A DNA stretch of 64,000 nt from NCBI GenBank assembly GCA_026770705.1, contig JANJGN010000002.1, forward strand, positions 74,462,001 through 74,526,000. Direction: 5' to 3'. The DNA comes from Isurus oxyrinchus. Taxonomy: Eukaryota. Each line of letters starts with the position of its first letter. The stretch's first letter is position 1. A program made the translations under genes and the position numbers. Positions 33,774 to 46,830 of the stretch are shown in pieces. Below the pieces are notes generated by a model. It searched no databases, was not told the origin of the DNA, and saw nothing but the letters and a program-made list of their open reading frames with translations.

Positions 33774-36700
33774 GTTATACCAGGGGTAAGCAACTTCAGG
33801 TACATAGAGACTAGAGAAGCTGGGTGTGGTCTCCTTAGAGCAGAGAAATTTAAGAGGCATTCAAAAGGTATGGCTAGTTGGATACAGTAAAGAAGAAATA
33901 TTTCATTGGCAGGAACATGGGTAATCAGAGAACACAATGGTGAAAAAAAGGGAGGGGAGAAGAACCTTAAGAGCTGATACAAGTACAATGGGCTGAATGA
34001 TCTCCCATGCTGTTTGATTCTATGACACGAAGGGGAGAAGAAATGGAGGGGAATAATAGTTCCTTACAGTCTTCTTAATATTTCAAAAGTGTGATGTTGT
34101 CAATTATTAATCTTAACCCAATTGTACAAAAAGCTATAAACTGAGGAAAGATACAAAACAGAAAGAAATTATGGGTAACTCTCAGTAATTGATGTTTCAA
34201 TAAAATTTTATTAGGCTTTAGAAAATCATCTGTGTCCATTTGCAGGATATATTTTGTCTTGCATCTTTTAATTACAAGACAAATGTCCAACTTTAAAACG
34301 ATTGGAATTCAAGCTTCAATAACTTCTAAACTTATTTTAAGCTTTCACAGGAAAGTCCCAATGTATTTCGTACATTTTTTTTTGCAGTACCACATGGAAG
34401 CCCATTATGGTTTGCCACCCTAAAGAGAATTTGATTTTTTTAAAATTCCAATAAGGAATACATTTAGTATAAGTCTGTCACCTGTGGCGATTTGGTTACA
34501 CCACTCATTAAGAGAAAGCTGCAGACACACAACTAGTATGACCAGATAATACAAAGTGCAAATATGAAAATGCAGTAGTGGTGAGTTCCTAAAAAGAAAT
34601 GAGGCATGAAAAGGAACAAAATGATATAATACAGGTGGAGTGCACAGAATCAAAACAATGCAAATTGTTGAAAACAAAGGGTGGATTAGCAACCCCCTGC
34701 ACCTAGCTAGATAGCTGGATATACTTGGATTGGTACTGACAACCAGGGTGGAACGTCAAATGTGACTGAACATACTGCCATTAATTTTAGAAATGTAAAA
34801 GGATAGTCATTATTCTTCATTACTAATGCAAACACTCCAGAACTCATTATAGTTTAAAGTGAGTAAATGAAACCCTTGACCTCTGACAATACATAGAGAC
34901 TGATCAACCCCAATGTCTGCAGAAGAGACTTAGTTTTCATCATCTTCTGCAACCTAAAGAGTGAATAAGCTTGTGGTAGAAAAACGCTTTAACCCTGTGT
35001 TCAGTAAACAAATTATTTAATTTTAGGCAAGATTTGTTTGATTTGCAATGCTCTGAAAATTAAAGCTTAAGCTGCTGCTTTCTGGGCTGGCTGTTGATTG
35101 ACAGTTCTGTGGGTTGAATTTGTACTGGTTAAATAAATCTTCCTGATCTCCTCCTCCCACCCAAACTCAAGTGGGATTACACTGCCCTCTGACAGGAATC
35201 AGTCTGAACAATACTGGAACCTGAATTTTGCTCAAGGCATGTGAATGAGAACCTGGTTTGTGAGAAATTAATAAGATGGCACTTAAGAACTTTTAAGATT
35301 TCAGGGACAGTAAAGTAGATTCAAAGACTTTCCATTATTTAACAACGTACCTGAATCCATGAAACAACTCCTCTACATCTCTGTAGGTACTTCAAGCAAT
35401 GAAATTATCATTATACACCAGTTTTTCTCAAAACTAATTTTATTTGAAGTTCTAAAAATACTTTGAGGCAAATTCAAACCTTCTTTCTAGTTTGAACTTT
35501 TAAGATTCAAGTTGCTCACTCTCCTAGATCAGATTAGAACAAGTTTTGTTTTCATGGTCCAGGCGGAATCCTTATGGGCTTAGGTCATAAAAATAAATCA
35601 GAATATATACAGAAATGGATAACATCTAGTAATCCTGATTCAGATGTGAACCATGTCATAACAGAGTGTAAGTAACTATCAGTAGCAGAAAGAATTTTAA
35701 ATCCGGACAGATGAAACTCAATTTAGTCTAGACTAATCTTATTTTACTGACCTGCACAAGAATGTTAATTGCGTTTTTTTTAAAGCATGCTGGGGATCAA
35801 TCAGGAATGTAATGATGTTTTAAAATTATAAACACACAACAGCATTACTGCCTGGAGCACTGCTGATTTAATGCAAGGCCCAGGTTTTATAACAGTCTTC
35901 AGGGACCATTGTAAAATGAGTTCAATATTGTTCAGGCTTGAAGAGAATAATTTTGTTGTTCTGCTAGATACATTGTTAACGGGATTACGAGACAAATTCA
36001 TTAGCACTAAAGTACAGCAGCTGTTACTCTGTCTTCTAGGGTTTAGCATTTCTTGTTTAAAAATAATTTCTAATCCTTCAGTTATCCCAGGTCACAGAGC
36101 TTTTTGGCTCTCACACCTTACACTACCAGTCAACATAAATATTTTTAACCTTTGAATCAGCTACCTTTTCTCTTGTGGAATGGATGAATTCTGAGCTTTC
36201 CCGCAGGCTTTTCTAATTCCTCAGTCTGGGCAGATTTAACAATGCTGAAATCTAACCAAATGAAACAAAACTCTATCGTGAGAAAGATCTACCACAGAAG
36301 TGACTTTCCATGTTGCCACTTGAAGTTGTTAAAACCATAGAAGTTAGCATGCTTTGTAGCACAGAATTACCCTTCCCTATATTCCTTCCTCCTGGAAAGC
36401 TGTCTACAAACTAAGGTTTTGTTCCTGAAATATCAAGTGGCTCACACTAGAACGTTTGTTTACATATCAGGTAAGGATCTGATTTGGCTCAGCTATAATA
36501 TTAAAGCATCTATCAAGATTCACATATGAAGAACATAAACTTCGGTAAAACCTGTCAGTGGCACACCTCTGGAACCAAACCACACCAAGTGTTAGTACAA
36601 AGGAAAGCAGAATATTATGGAATGACAGGAAAAAGCGATACAAAGTTGACTGAAAAAAGATATTCTGGATTAATTTGTACAGTAGCCTATCTACAACCAC

Positions 36701-37519
36701 ACAGGATGGAGTGACTGTCATGGAATCATATATGCTCCACAGCATTCTGCCTTTCCAGTTACTGGAAGGTGCACTGCTACAAATTATTGTTTTCCATAGT
36801 CACAGTGCTGCTGTAAAAATATTTAAGTAAAACATACACAAACCCTAACTTGTTTTCGGTGAGCACCACAGCTTTTTTTTTATATTTTAGAAATGCAATA
36901 GGCATCGCAATAGCTAAGGACACCATAATCCAAAACAATCAAAAAAAATTCTCACAACTTACACTGTTTATTTTGTACTTAAGTTATAAATACAAGATAT
37001 CTTGCCAGTAACTCAGGACAATTTATCACGTTTGACAGAAAGGACCATAATTCACATTTATGAATACTGCTGTCATCTTTTAGGTCTGAATTTCCTCTGA
37101 GAAAGGACCAGAAAATTAAATAAATGTTCCTGCTTAAACTAACCAAACAAGATATTGCACCTTTAAACATTATTAACATTTCTTGTTTTATGACAGGAAA
37201 ACCCACACAAGATCAACAAAATAAATATGTACCCAATACAAAGATTAGGAAACCTCAATAGTTCATAAACTGTAGATGAACCAAAGATGATGGCAACATT
37301 TTGAAGGCACAATTGCATAGTTGAACCTCCGCGAGATAAAAATTTTCATTCCATGACTAAGTGCTTGTGTACATTAAACAGTATGCCAAAGCTTTCCTAT
37401 AGTACCAGGATCCATTTGTTTCATTCATCATGATGCACCAGACACCCATTGGTACTTTGTCAAATGTCCAATCATCGTAAACCTAGGCAGTTAGCACCAG
37501 CAAGTTATGCAATTATTGA

Positions 37520-37675
37520 ATTTTTAGCACAGGAGGCCATTTGGCCCATTGTGCCTGTGTCAATTATTTGAAAGAACTCCCAATTAGTCCCATTCCCATG
37601 CTCTTTCCCTATGGCTCTTTAATTTTCTCCCCATTAAGTATTTATCCAATTTCCCTTTGAAAGTTACTACCAAAT
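37520..37675 (-). mobile_element. CR1 3' UTR fragment
   Basis: agcacaggaggccatttggcccattgtgcctgtg motif shared with other CR1 ends. Confidence 0.7.
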
Positions 37676-37830
37676 CTTAGTAACACACTGAGAGGGCCAT
37701 CTCATTTGTGCTTTCCAATAACAGTCATGAATAAAGTTCAAGAATGGAAACTCTAGTAACCATGATAAAAGCCCCTGATTAAGATAGCAATTTGACATCT
37801 TTAAAATAAATAATTTCTTGGGATTTCAGG

Positions 37831-37925
37831 CATCAGCCTTCAATCAATGGTAGCACTCACTTCAGAGTCACTAGGTCATGGGTTCAAGCCCCACTCCATG
37901 GATGTGGTGCTTGAAAATCTAGTGT
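37831..37925 (+). mobile_element. DeuSINE tRNA-like head fragment
   Basis: tggtagcactc..gggttcaagccccactcca, similar to the head of 19505-19926. Confidence 0.6.
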
Positions 37926-39001
37926 GGTTTTGAATACCAAGAGCATGGATCCAAGCTATGGCAGGAGGAGGAGTAGTGGCTGCATAAAGAAGGGGAGAAG
38001 GCCCCAGACAGAGAATGGAACTTAGTTGTAGGAGGAGCAGCAGTGACAGCATATAACTGATGAGAGAGAAAAAAAAATCAAGAATTGATGTATTTTTTCT
38101 CAGCTGGAGCAGTGGGTTAAACTAAGAAATTTACTTAGTGATGCAAAAAGTCTATATTTAGTAAGTTTGAAATTTGGTTAAGTTTCAAGAAGGCTTGTGA
38201 CTGAAATTTTAAGTTTTACTTTGAATAAGTTTAGATAGTAATCAAATAATAAAACCATGGCAGGGCACTACAGTCCCGTCGAATACACATCGTGTGCTAC
38301 GTGGGAACTTGAGAACACTGCTTCTCCAGGAAAACCACATGTATAGCAAGCGCTGTCAGCTGGAGGAGCTTGAACTATAGGTTTTGGAGCTTGAGTGGCA
38401 GCTGCCATTACTGTGGTGTATCTGTGAGGCTGCAAGCTACATGGATAGCACATTTCTGGAGGTGATCATCCTGCAGCTTAAGACATTGCAGGCAAAAAGG
38501 AAATGGGTGACTGTTGGATGCCTCAGCTGTGCTGGGTAGGGAGCAGAGAAGAAAGATTAGGAAAGCAGTAGTGAAAGGAAATTGAATACTATGGGGAACA
38601 GACAGTTGTTCCTGCAGCCACAAATATCACTCCAGGATGATATGTTGCCTCCCTGGTGCCAAGGTCAAGGATATAATTGAGTGGCTACAGAACTGAACAG
38701 GGGTGAGGGAGGGTGAACAGCCAGAGATCACGCACCATATTGGTACCAACGAGATGGCTAGTGTTACGAATGCAAGGTTTTATTAAGATAAATACGCTTT
38801 GCGACTGTACTCTTTAATTGAAGGTAAAATAGGGTAGTGAAAAGAGACATGTGATCTGTTCCAAATTAAACCTGACAACAAGACTGGATGGTTACCAGAG
38901 GAACAGGAGAGTCCAGGGTGAGACTCAATGGGAGCAAGGTGTAAAATGTTCACACCTGAAACAAAAGGCAGGAGCAGCTGGGCTAACGGTAGACAGATGG
39001 T

Positions 39002-39750
39002 CAGAGAGAGAGAGGGGGGCACACACGGGCAGAGAGAGAGAGAGAGAGAGAAAAGAGCGAGAGAGAAGAGAGGGGGAGGAAAAAGGAGGGCGGGGGGGAA
39101 AAAGGAGGGCGAGAGAGCACGGGAGAGGAGAAAGGGAGAGGGGGCGAGAGGAGAGAGGGAGAGGGGGCGAGAGGAGAGAGGGAGAGGGAGCGAGAGGAGA
39201 GAGGGAGAGGGGGCGAGAGGGGAGAGGGGGCGAGAGGAGAGAGGGGGCGAGAGGGGAGAGGGGGGCGAGAGGGGAGGGGGGGCGAGAGGGGAGGGGGGGC
39301 GAGAGGGGAGGGGGGGCGAGAGGGGAGGGGGGGCGAGAGGGGAGAGGGGGCGAGAGGAGAGAGGGGGCGAGAGGAGAGAGGGGGCGAGAGGAGAGAGGGA
39401 GAGGGGGCGAGAGGAGAGAGGGAGAGGGGGCGAGAGGAGAGAGGGAGAGGGGGCGAGAGGAGAGAGGGAGAGGGGGCGAGAGGAGAGAGGGAGAGGGGGC
39501 GAGAGGAGAGAGGGAGAGGGGGCGAGAGGAGAGAGGGAGAGGGGGCGAGAGGCGAGAGGGAGAGGGGGCGAGAGGAGAGAGGGAGAGGGGGCGAGAGGAG
39601 AGAGGGAGAGGGGGCGAGAGGAGAGAGGGAGAGGGGGCGAGAGGAGAGAGGGAGAGGGGGCGAGAGGAGAGAGGGAGAGGGGGCGAGAGGAGAGAGGGAG
39701 AGGGGGCGAGAGGAGAGAGGGCGAGGGGGCGAGAGGAGGGAGGGCGAGGG
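39002..39750. repeat. Polypurine tract: (AG)n grading into 23-bp minisatellite CGAGAGGAGAGAGGGAGAGGGGG with shorter variants
   Basis: Unit spacing of 23 bp (C at 39431, 39454, 39477). Confidence 0.95.
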
Positions 39751-39756
39751 AGGGCG

Positions 39757-40762
39757 GCGCACAGGCAGGGAGCGAGAGAGGGAGGCGCGCAGGCAGGGAG
39801 CGAGCGAGAGAGGGAGGCGCGCAGGCAGGGAGCGAGCGAGAGAGGGAGGCGCGCAGGCAGGGAGCGAGCGAGAGAGGGAGGCGCGCAGGCAGGGAGCGAG
39901 CGAGAGAGGGAGGCGCGCAGGCAGGGAGGGAGCGAGAGAGGGAGGCGCGCAGGCAAGGAGGGAGCGAGAGAGGGAGGCGCGCAGGCAAGGAGCGAGCGAG
40001 AGAGGGAGGCGCGCAGGCAGGGAGCGAGCGAGAGAGGGAGGCGCGCAGGCAGGGAGCGAGCGAGAGAGGGAGGCGCGCAGGCAGGGAGCGAGCGAGAGAG
40101 GGAGGCGCGCAGGCAGGGAGCGAGCGAGAGAGGGAGGCGCGCAGGCAGGGAGCGAGCGAGAGAGGGAGGCGCGCAGGCAGGGAGCGAGCGAGAGAGGGAG
40201 GCGCGCAGGCAGGGAGCGAGCGAGAGAGGGAGGCGCGCAGGCAGGGAGCGAGCGAGAGAGGGAGGCGCGCAGGCAGGGAGCGAGCGAGAGAGGGAGGCGC
40301 GCAGGCAGGGAGCGAGCGAGAGAGGGAGGCGCGCAGGCAGGGAGCGAGCGAGAGAGGGAGGCGCGCAGGCAGGGAGCGAGCGAGAGAGGGAGGCGCGCAG
40401 GCAGGGAGCGAGCGAGAGAGGGAGGCGCGCAGGCAGGGAGCGAGCGAGAGAGGGAGGCGCGCAGGCAGGGAGCGAGCGAGAGAGGGAGGCGCGCAGGCAG
40501 GGAGCGAGCGAGAGAGGGAGGCGCGCAGGCAGGGAGCGAGCGAGAGAGGGAGGCGCGCAGGCAGGGAGCGAGCGAGAGAGGGAGGCGCGCAGGCAGGGAG
40601 CGAGCGAGAGAGGGAGGCGCGCAGGCAGGGAGCGAGCGAGAGAGGGAGGCGCGCAGGCAGGGAGCGAGCGAGAGAGGGAGGCGCGCAGGCAGGGAGCGAG
40701 CGAGAGAGGGAGGCGCGCAGGCAGGGAGAGGATGAGAGAGGGAGGCGCGCAGGCAGGGAGAG
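39757..40762. repeat. 32-bp minisatellite GCGCGCAGGCAGGGAGCGAGCGAGAGAGGGAG, about 31 copies
   Basis: Mostly identical units, period 32 (40201, 40233). Confidence 0.97.
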
Positions 40763-43700
40763 AGGTCTCTCAGAGGGACAAAAGGTTTCAGCTAGTATGG
40801 CCAGCAAAGAGGTGTGTGGTGTCTTTCTGTGAACTACCAGGCAGATTGCAGGAAGAGGGGCAGCTTCTCTGGTCAAAGAGACACATCCTATGACACTGAA
40901 GGCTGGGAGATTTGCCCTGGCAAGGCTGGAAGAAGAAATCACTGGAATGGGCCTTACTGCTGGTAGATGGTATGGAAATTCTTCAAAAACTCAGTGAAGC
41001 GCCTTTCAAATGTGACTCAACGTTACGACTCAATGAAATGAGATGACATGAACCGATCGGAAGTTGTTAACAACTGTAAACAGTGTCTTTTAAAGACTGA
41101 AATCCTGTGAAGAGCATGTTGGAAAGTATGTGTGTGCAGTGTGGGGTTAGAGTCACATTACCATGTAATAAGGGTTATCGTTTCTATTGTTTAGAGTACT
41201 CCTTGCCTACTAAGTAATGTTTAATCTATATTGCTTTTAATTAGTTACAGTAAAAGTTTTAAAACTTGAAAGCTTGTCGCACAATTCCTTTAAGTTGGTC
41301 ATTAGGAATTCAAATATCTTTTTAAAAGTTATAGGTCTTTACAGGTATCATAGCACTAGAAACAGGGATGAAGTTCTGCAGGCAGATTTTAGGTGCTACT
41401 TTTTAAATTTCTTTCATAGCTCCCTCAAAAGTAGTTACCTCCATATTACCCCTGGTACCACGCACTATGAGAACAGAAGTACAAGAATAGTGCATTTGAA
41501 TGCATGACTGGAGAAACAGATAGTGTAAGAAGGAGGGCTTTAGACTCCTGGTGCATTGGAACTGGTTCTGGGGAGGTGATAGTGTACAGACTAGACAGGT
41601 TGCACTTCAACAGGGCCAGGACCAATATTGTTGCATGGTGGTTTGCTAGTGCTGTTGGAGAGGGTTTGGAACCTGAGCATAGATTTAGAAGGGAGAGAAG
41701 AAAAGACGGAAATAGAAGGCCTAAATTAGTAAGCAAGTATGGATGGTCAACTCAACAAAGGCTAGAAAATAGACAATAAACCAGTAATTAGTGGTATATA
41801 CTTCAAGGGGTCTAGTGAATAAGGCAAACGTGCTGAGAGCACATTATAGCTAGGAATTATATCATAGCCATTAATGAAACGTGGTTTATAAAAGGGCAAG
41901 AATGGCAGCACAATATTGTTGATAACTGGAAAGTTTTTCATCCTGTCCATGTACATTTTCTATATTTCTATCGTTTAGAATATCTAATTTTGTGACTCTA
42001 ATGTTTTAAGAGTATAGCTTTTAGTTTTGGGAATTGAATTTTTAAATGTAAGATAAATGGAAAAAACCTGGGTTTGAGAAACTGGTAAAACACCACTCAG
42101 ATAATTGCAATTCAAAGGATTATTTAATTCTGCTGATTCCTTTCAGAATTAAAAAACTTTAATTCTGAGCAGACAGGCAGGACTATTGTAGGATATATGA
42201 TCCCACCAGTAACCACTCTAAAAAGTCATTGCATGATGGATGCATCACTATTTCCTTTAGGTTGGTTAAAACTGTATTCCTCCCTTGCATGAATGGGCTT
42301 GATGGTTCAGCCAATGTCAACTTGGTTACACAATCAACTATCAGCCCAAGTACCTGAGGGAAGGAGTTCAATAGAAGATTCTCTAGAAAGGAGAAGAATT
42401 TAATGAAAAAATCAGCAGTGAACTGGCAGTAATAGGTTGGATCTTCAGCCACTCTGCAAGTGTTAGGGCATGCATTCCCATTGGGATTTTTCTGCACAAG
42501 AAGTCCCTTATTCCAGCTCTGTGACTGTATGGAAATTCTAGAGGCCAGGTGCTTTTCCATTTGGAGGCCAATCACCCAAGCTAATTGCATATCTCCAGAG
42601 AGACATTGAAAGAGGTACAGAAATCACACCTGATCTGTCTCTGCTGAGAAATGTGAACATGAAGTAGCAAAGTACAGAATGCAGGTTGCAATCTTATTCA
42701 AAAGCTTCCCAACTACATTTCACAGGAATACTAAAGGAATACAAAAAAAACATAAGACAGGCTAAGTTGAATTTGTTGCATTTAATTGTATTAAGCAATT
42801 AACAAAATTGTATTCCAGTTAGGGAGGGCATAAACATCATGTTGACCAATCAAGTCATTGCAAATCTATGCCATGCCCCCATAGCTAAATCAAGATCCAA
42901 ATGAAGATCCAAATAAAGTCAGATATTTGAATTTTTAGATCAATTACTATCAACCTGAATATTAATTTCTCCCTACGTTTAATCACAAAACATTTTAAAC
43001 TGGCGTTGGAAAATGTGACTCTCTATTCAATATGTTATTCCAGTCCTAATTCTATTTCGTTAGCAAAGTAGCTACAGCAAAGTTATACTAAGCACAGATT
43101 TGTGAAGGAAATACAAAATGAGCACAAAAGAACTTTCCTTCCTGCCCATATAGCAAACTTATCTGTTTTCGTCGGTCATCATTAGGCAATCCAGTCAGAA
43201 AAGATGCAACACCGGGTACATGTCACACAAATTTTAGCATCTCCAGGGGAGAAACACTTATCCAACATCCAGGCATTTTTCTTTTAAAGTTGCTAGTTTT
43301 TAACTGGGCGGAAGATGGAATTGACATGTTTGAAAAACCAGCACGAACCAACTTCACTGGAACACCAGAAAATATTATCCTAATCTACCACTAAAGGCAA
43401 ATTTTCTATTTATTGAAACAATCTTTCAGTTGGAACACAATTTTACTTTGTTGAGGCATGAAAACCCATACATTCTTTCAAGCACGTCAGAGCTCCAATG
43501 ATACATTTAACAAAAGTTCATGATATATGACTGCTTGTGTCGCATACAGGATCCCACAACAGACATTAAGCTAAAAGGAACCAGCTACACAACAGCAATT
43601 TGTAATTGTGGGGTTCAAAGAAACCTCTACCAAAAAGAAAAACAAAAGTCGAAGTTCCAATTCCATCCAAATTTTTGATCAACAAATAGTGGTATGGCAC

Positions 43701-44345
43701 ATTGTTGTACAGAGAATCTTTTCAATCCCAGTTTAATTTACCTTACCCCTCTTGAATGTATAATCTCATGCTGGCTATAGCTCCTTTAGTTCCACAGGAC
43801 CAGAGCCTTCAAATACTTCACCTAAACACATACCAACCTTGATGCTGTCTTCACCCAACATGTATACCTGATCACTATCCAGCAGAGCAATCATTGGTTG
43901 GCAATCAGAAATCCTTGCCAGATCATTCTTTTTCCTAGGCTATAAGGCTCTGGTTAGGGCATACCTAAAGTAGTGTACAACACTGCGCACTGCATCATCA
44001 AAAGAATACATTAGCCCGGAGAGGAGTGCAGCGGCGATTCACCAGAATGTTACCAGGGTTACCAGATTACAAGAAGAGATCAAATAAATTGGGCTTGTAA
44101 TCAATGGAATATAGGTTATGGGGGTGATTTGATAAAGATTTTAGGATGTTGTAAGGAATTGAGAGGGTAGATGGAGATGGAGCTAGTGGGCAGTTTGGGA
44201 TAAGAAGGCATAATCCTAAAGTCAGAAACAGGCCATTCTGGAGAGACAAGTTAGGAAACACTTTTTCATGCTATAGGTGATAGAAGTATGGAACTCTCTC
44301 CCACATAAAGCAATACGTGGTACCTCAAAAGATAAATCTGAGATT

Positions 44346-45845
44346 TGACATTTGGTAGTACAAAACTTGAGGATTGCTGAAAAAAGAGACTTGCTGTCAA
44401 AACTTTTCATCTTACACTCATCAGGACAGATTTGCAAGAATACCAACTGTAAAGGGAACAACAATTTATACTGCATGAGAAGAGAGTTCTGTTTGGTTGG
44501 CAGGTAGACTCTGATTGGTAGAGGCGTTGCCATGGAAAATGCACCAGGGAACAGTTAACTGCCAAGCTTTTGTTTACATTCAAACCAGGCAGGTTGACAT
44601 TGATTGGTCAAGGCATTGCTATGGGGAATGAACCAGGGAATGGCTGTCTCCCAAGCTTTTGTTAAGTTGAAAAAGGCGCAATGCATGGACATGCTCCTTC
44701 TGCCTGCAAAGGATCCTGTGTATGAATATATGTAGCTTCTAACATGCGTTAGCCACAATGTGAGCCCAACTGATAATCTTAATTTTTGCCAAGAATTACA
44801 CTGACAACCAATCAGGATTGTTTAGCAAGTGCTGTCCAATCACAGAATCACATCTAATGTTGGATATCATGTTTTGAGTTTTGCAAGCACAGGTTGGTTG
44901 GGTACTGTCAGTACCTTGATTGTTGGAAACAGCGGGACGTGCTGTTTGATACGATCCATAAGTCATTGGGACATATGACCTATATACCTGGCACCCCACT
45001 GGCACTGAAATTCAAATACCACATTACTCATTTGTGTATTAGGCAGAATGTCTTTCTGGCTTGACAACAGCATCCTGTTAGTGGAGAAGACCATTTGTAT
45101 TGCTACTAAATGGCAGCTGCATGAACAGCTAGCTTCACCTGTTGCTCAAATTTTTTGAGACACCTTACCCTTCCAGGGTAATCTGAGGTCGACTGGGCAC
45201 TTTTCAGGATCAAAAGTGACAGCCTTAGGCTCATTCATGGGTTTGCTCAATATACAGCATGCAATGATCTGATCAGGGTAACCATTATCTCGCAGAATGG
45301 CTTTGATGCACCCTATTTCAACATCAAGTTTGCACAGTGTGCAATGGCTCAGCATTATTTATGAAGCTGATCAGGCCAATCTTGTAGTGCGTGGAACTGT
45401 AGAAATCCCAATCCATATATTGTCCAGTCAAGATAGGCTTGTGGTAGACTGTAATAGAGAACCCACTGGCAGATTTCTGAATTAAGACATTGAGGAAAGG
45501 GAGTTCATTTGACTACTCCATTTCAAAGGTGAATTTGAGTGCAGGATGGACCATTAAGGTGTGTAAGGAAATTCTTACATGCAGCTGCGGATTCAAATAC
45601 AGCAAACGTATCATCTGTGTATCAGAAATATGCAAGGGGTAAGAGGTTAGGTGTCATTCCATCAAAGATGTGTTTCTCGTGGAAACTGACAAAGATATTT
45701 GCGAGAGCTGGGCCTACAGTGAATCCCATGGCAACACCATCCAACTGGATATACCTGGTGTCGTTAAAACTGAATTCAACTGCACGAGCTGCTGAGTTCA
45801 TAAGTTCAATGAATACAGATTCAGACAATGGCAGTGTGTCTACAT
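44346..45845 (-). mobile_element. Penelope-like element (Poseidon-type): RT, GIY-YIG and pLTR, degraded
   Basis: FSFNDTRYIQLDGVAMGFTVGPALANIF, YF*YTDDTF, ILRDNGYP, LRLPWKG, VVFEFQCQWGARYIG, SVIGQHL; duplicated atctgaga at 44336 and 45844. Confidence 0.92.
44394..44429 (-). ncRNA. Minimal type I hammerhead ribozyme motif in PLE pLTR
   Basis: ctgtc-CTGATGA-gtgtaagat-GAAA-agtt-TT-gacag. Confidence 0.75.
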
Positions 45846-46782
45846 CTGAGACTGATAGATTTGTTAGACAAGTTTATGAAAGGATATAGAGCCAAGGGAG
45901 GTGGGTGGAGTTAAGATGCAGATCAACCATGATCTCATTGAATGGCAGAAGAAACTTCAGGGACTGAATGGTCCAGTCCTGTTCCTATGGCACTGAAGTC
46001 AGCTGTTATGTCCCAGTGATTGAAGTCCACTAACTCAGCACAAATTGGACATTAAGCCTAAAACTGCCTGACCCATATGGTTCAGTATTGTACCTCACAG
46101 TATTATAAGGCGCTCCAAAACCTTCCTTTCATTCTCTGCTTCAGTGAAATGTTCAACATGTTAACCACGTACTTAAAGTAGGCAATCTTTCTGCCCACCC
46201 CAGCATAACTGTGAAGATACACAACTGCAGATTCTAAAATGTAAATAGACTCCATCAAGCTTTTCTGTCTGTAACTTTCTATCGAGAACGATTTTACCGT
46301 CGACCAATGTAGGCTCTAGTTCTCCTGAACCGTTACATGTGTCATCCTGATAAAATCCAAAATAAATATTCGTTGAAATGGTTTAACAATGTTTATCTTT
46401 TTTAAAATAAAAGAGTCGCTTTGCTGTCCAGAATCTCGACAAGAGAAAGAAATCATTATGTTTGGAATTGCTACAATCGGGAAGGATGGATCTGAAACAG
46501 AGAATGTCACTTGACACCTTTGCTTCTTTTAAATAAAAATACAGTCACTGAGAATATAAAGTTTAAAGTTTAGATTACCACTTAAAAATGCTAAACTGCT
46601 TGCTGGTTAAATCTTTCCAACTGTATTCCGTGCTGTAATATAGATCTAATTGGAATAATGTGTCCTGACATACTGCCACGTTATTCCCGGAGTAGGAATT
46701 TCCTCTCGGCACGCACCATGCAGTAAACTCTGTCATTACAATTTGGCACCAATCCGTCCAGTTTTCTCCATTCCAGCACTTT

Positions 46783-46785
<3 letters not shown>

Positions 46786-46822
<37 letters not shown>

Positions 46823-46830
46823 CACACACA
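46786..46830. repeat. (TA)n(CA)n microsatellite
   Basis: Direct reading. Confidence 0.95.

Larger units (their letters stand above)
32035..34028 (+). mobile_element. CR1 LINE remnants interrupted by a Harbinger MITE and a PLE palindrome
   Basis: QKTFDKVPHDRP, GLLGFINRDI^EYKSKETMLNLYKSLVR, tail gattctatga. Confidence 0.85.
38762..41355 (+). mobile_element. Solo LTR (Gypsy/Ty3- or ERV-type) with 4-bp TSD CTAG
   Basis: TGTTA...TAGCA termini; ctag at 38758-38761 and 41356-41359; flanking CR1 ORF1 rejoins in register; AGTAAA at 41249 suggests + orientation. Confidence 0.88.
38255..41900 (+). pseudogene. CR1 ORF1 remnant (Cys/coiled-coil N-terminus and SGNH esterase-like domain), split by solo LTR
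   Basis: CQLEELEL..LELEWQL, SRMICCLPGAKVKDIIEWLQN, GEQPEITHHIGTNEMA^RNRDEVLQADFR, YRLDRLHFNRARTNI. Confidence 0.8.
43940..45988 (+). mobile_element. CR1 3' fragment (43940-44345 and 45844-45988) interrupted by a PLE
   Basis: YKALVRAYL, RVQRRFTRMLPGL; tail cctgttcctatg. Confidence 0.85.

Noticed and set aside
39757-40762. CRISPR-like 32-bp repeats
   Set aside because: Head-to-tail units with no unique spacers, no cas genes, vertebrate context.
38783-40942. Long 634-719 aa ORFs on both strands
   Set aside because: They arise from stop-free 23-bp and 32-bp tandem arrays inside a solo LTR; peptide periodicity equals the repeat period in several frames.
42183-42590. 135-aa minus-strand ORF in unique sequence
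   Set aside because: No recognisable homology or consistent splice phase; not excluded, and a tblastn search would settle it.
43746-43822. Candidate minus-strand exon with a good donor
   Set aside because: Overlaps an old SINE and has stops in all frames; insufficient support.
46173-46255. Peptide MESIYILESAVVYLHSYAGVGRK resembling the PTP motif HCSAGVGR
   Set aside because: Catalytic Cys and the rest of the phosphatase domain are absent; likely chance.
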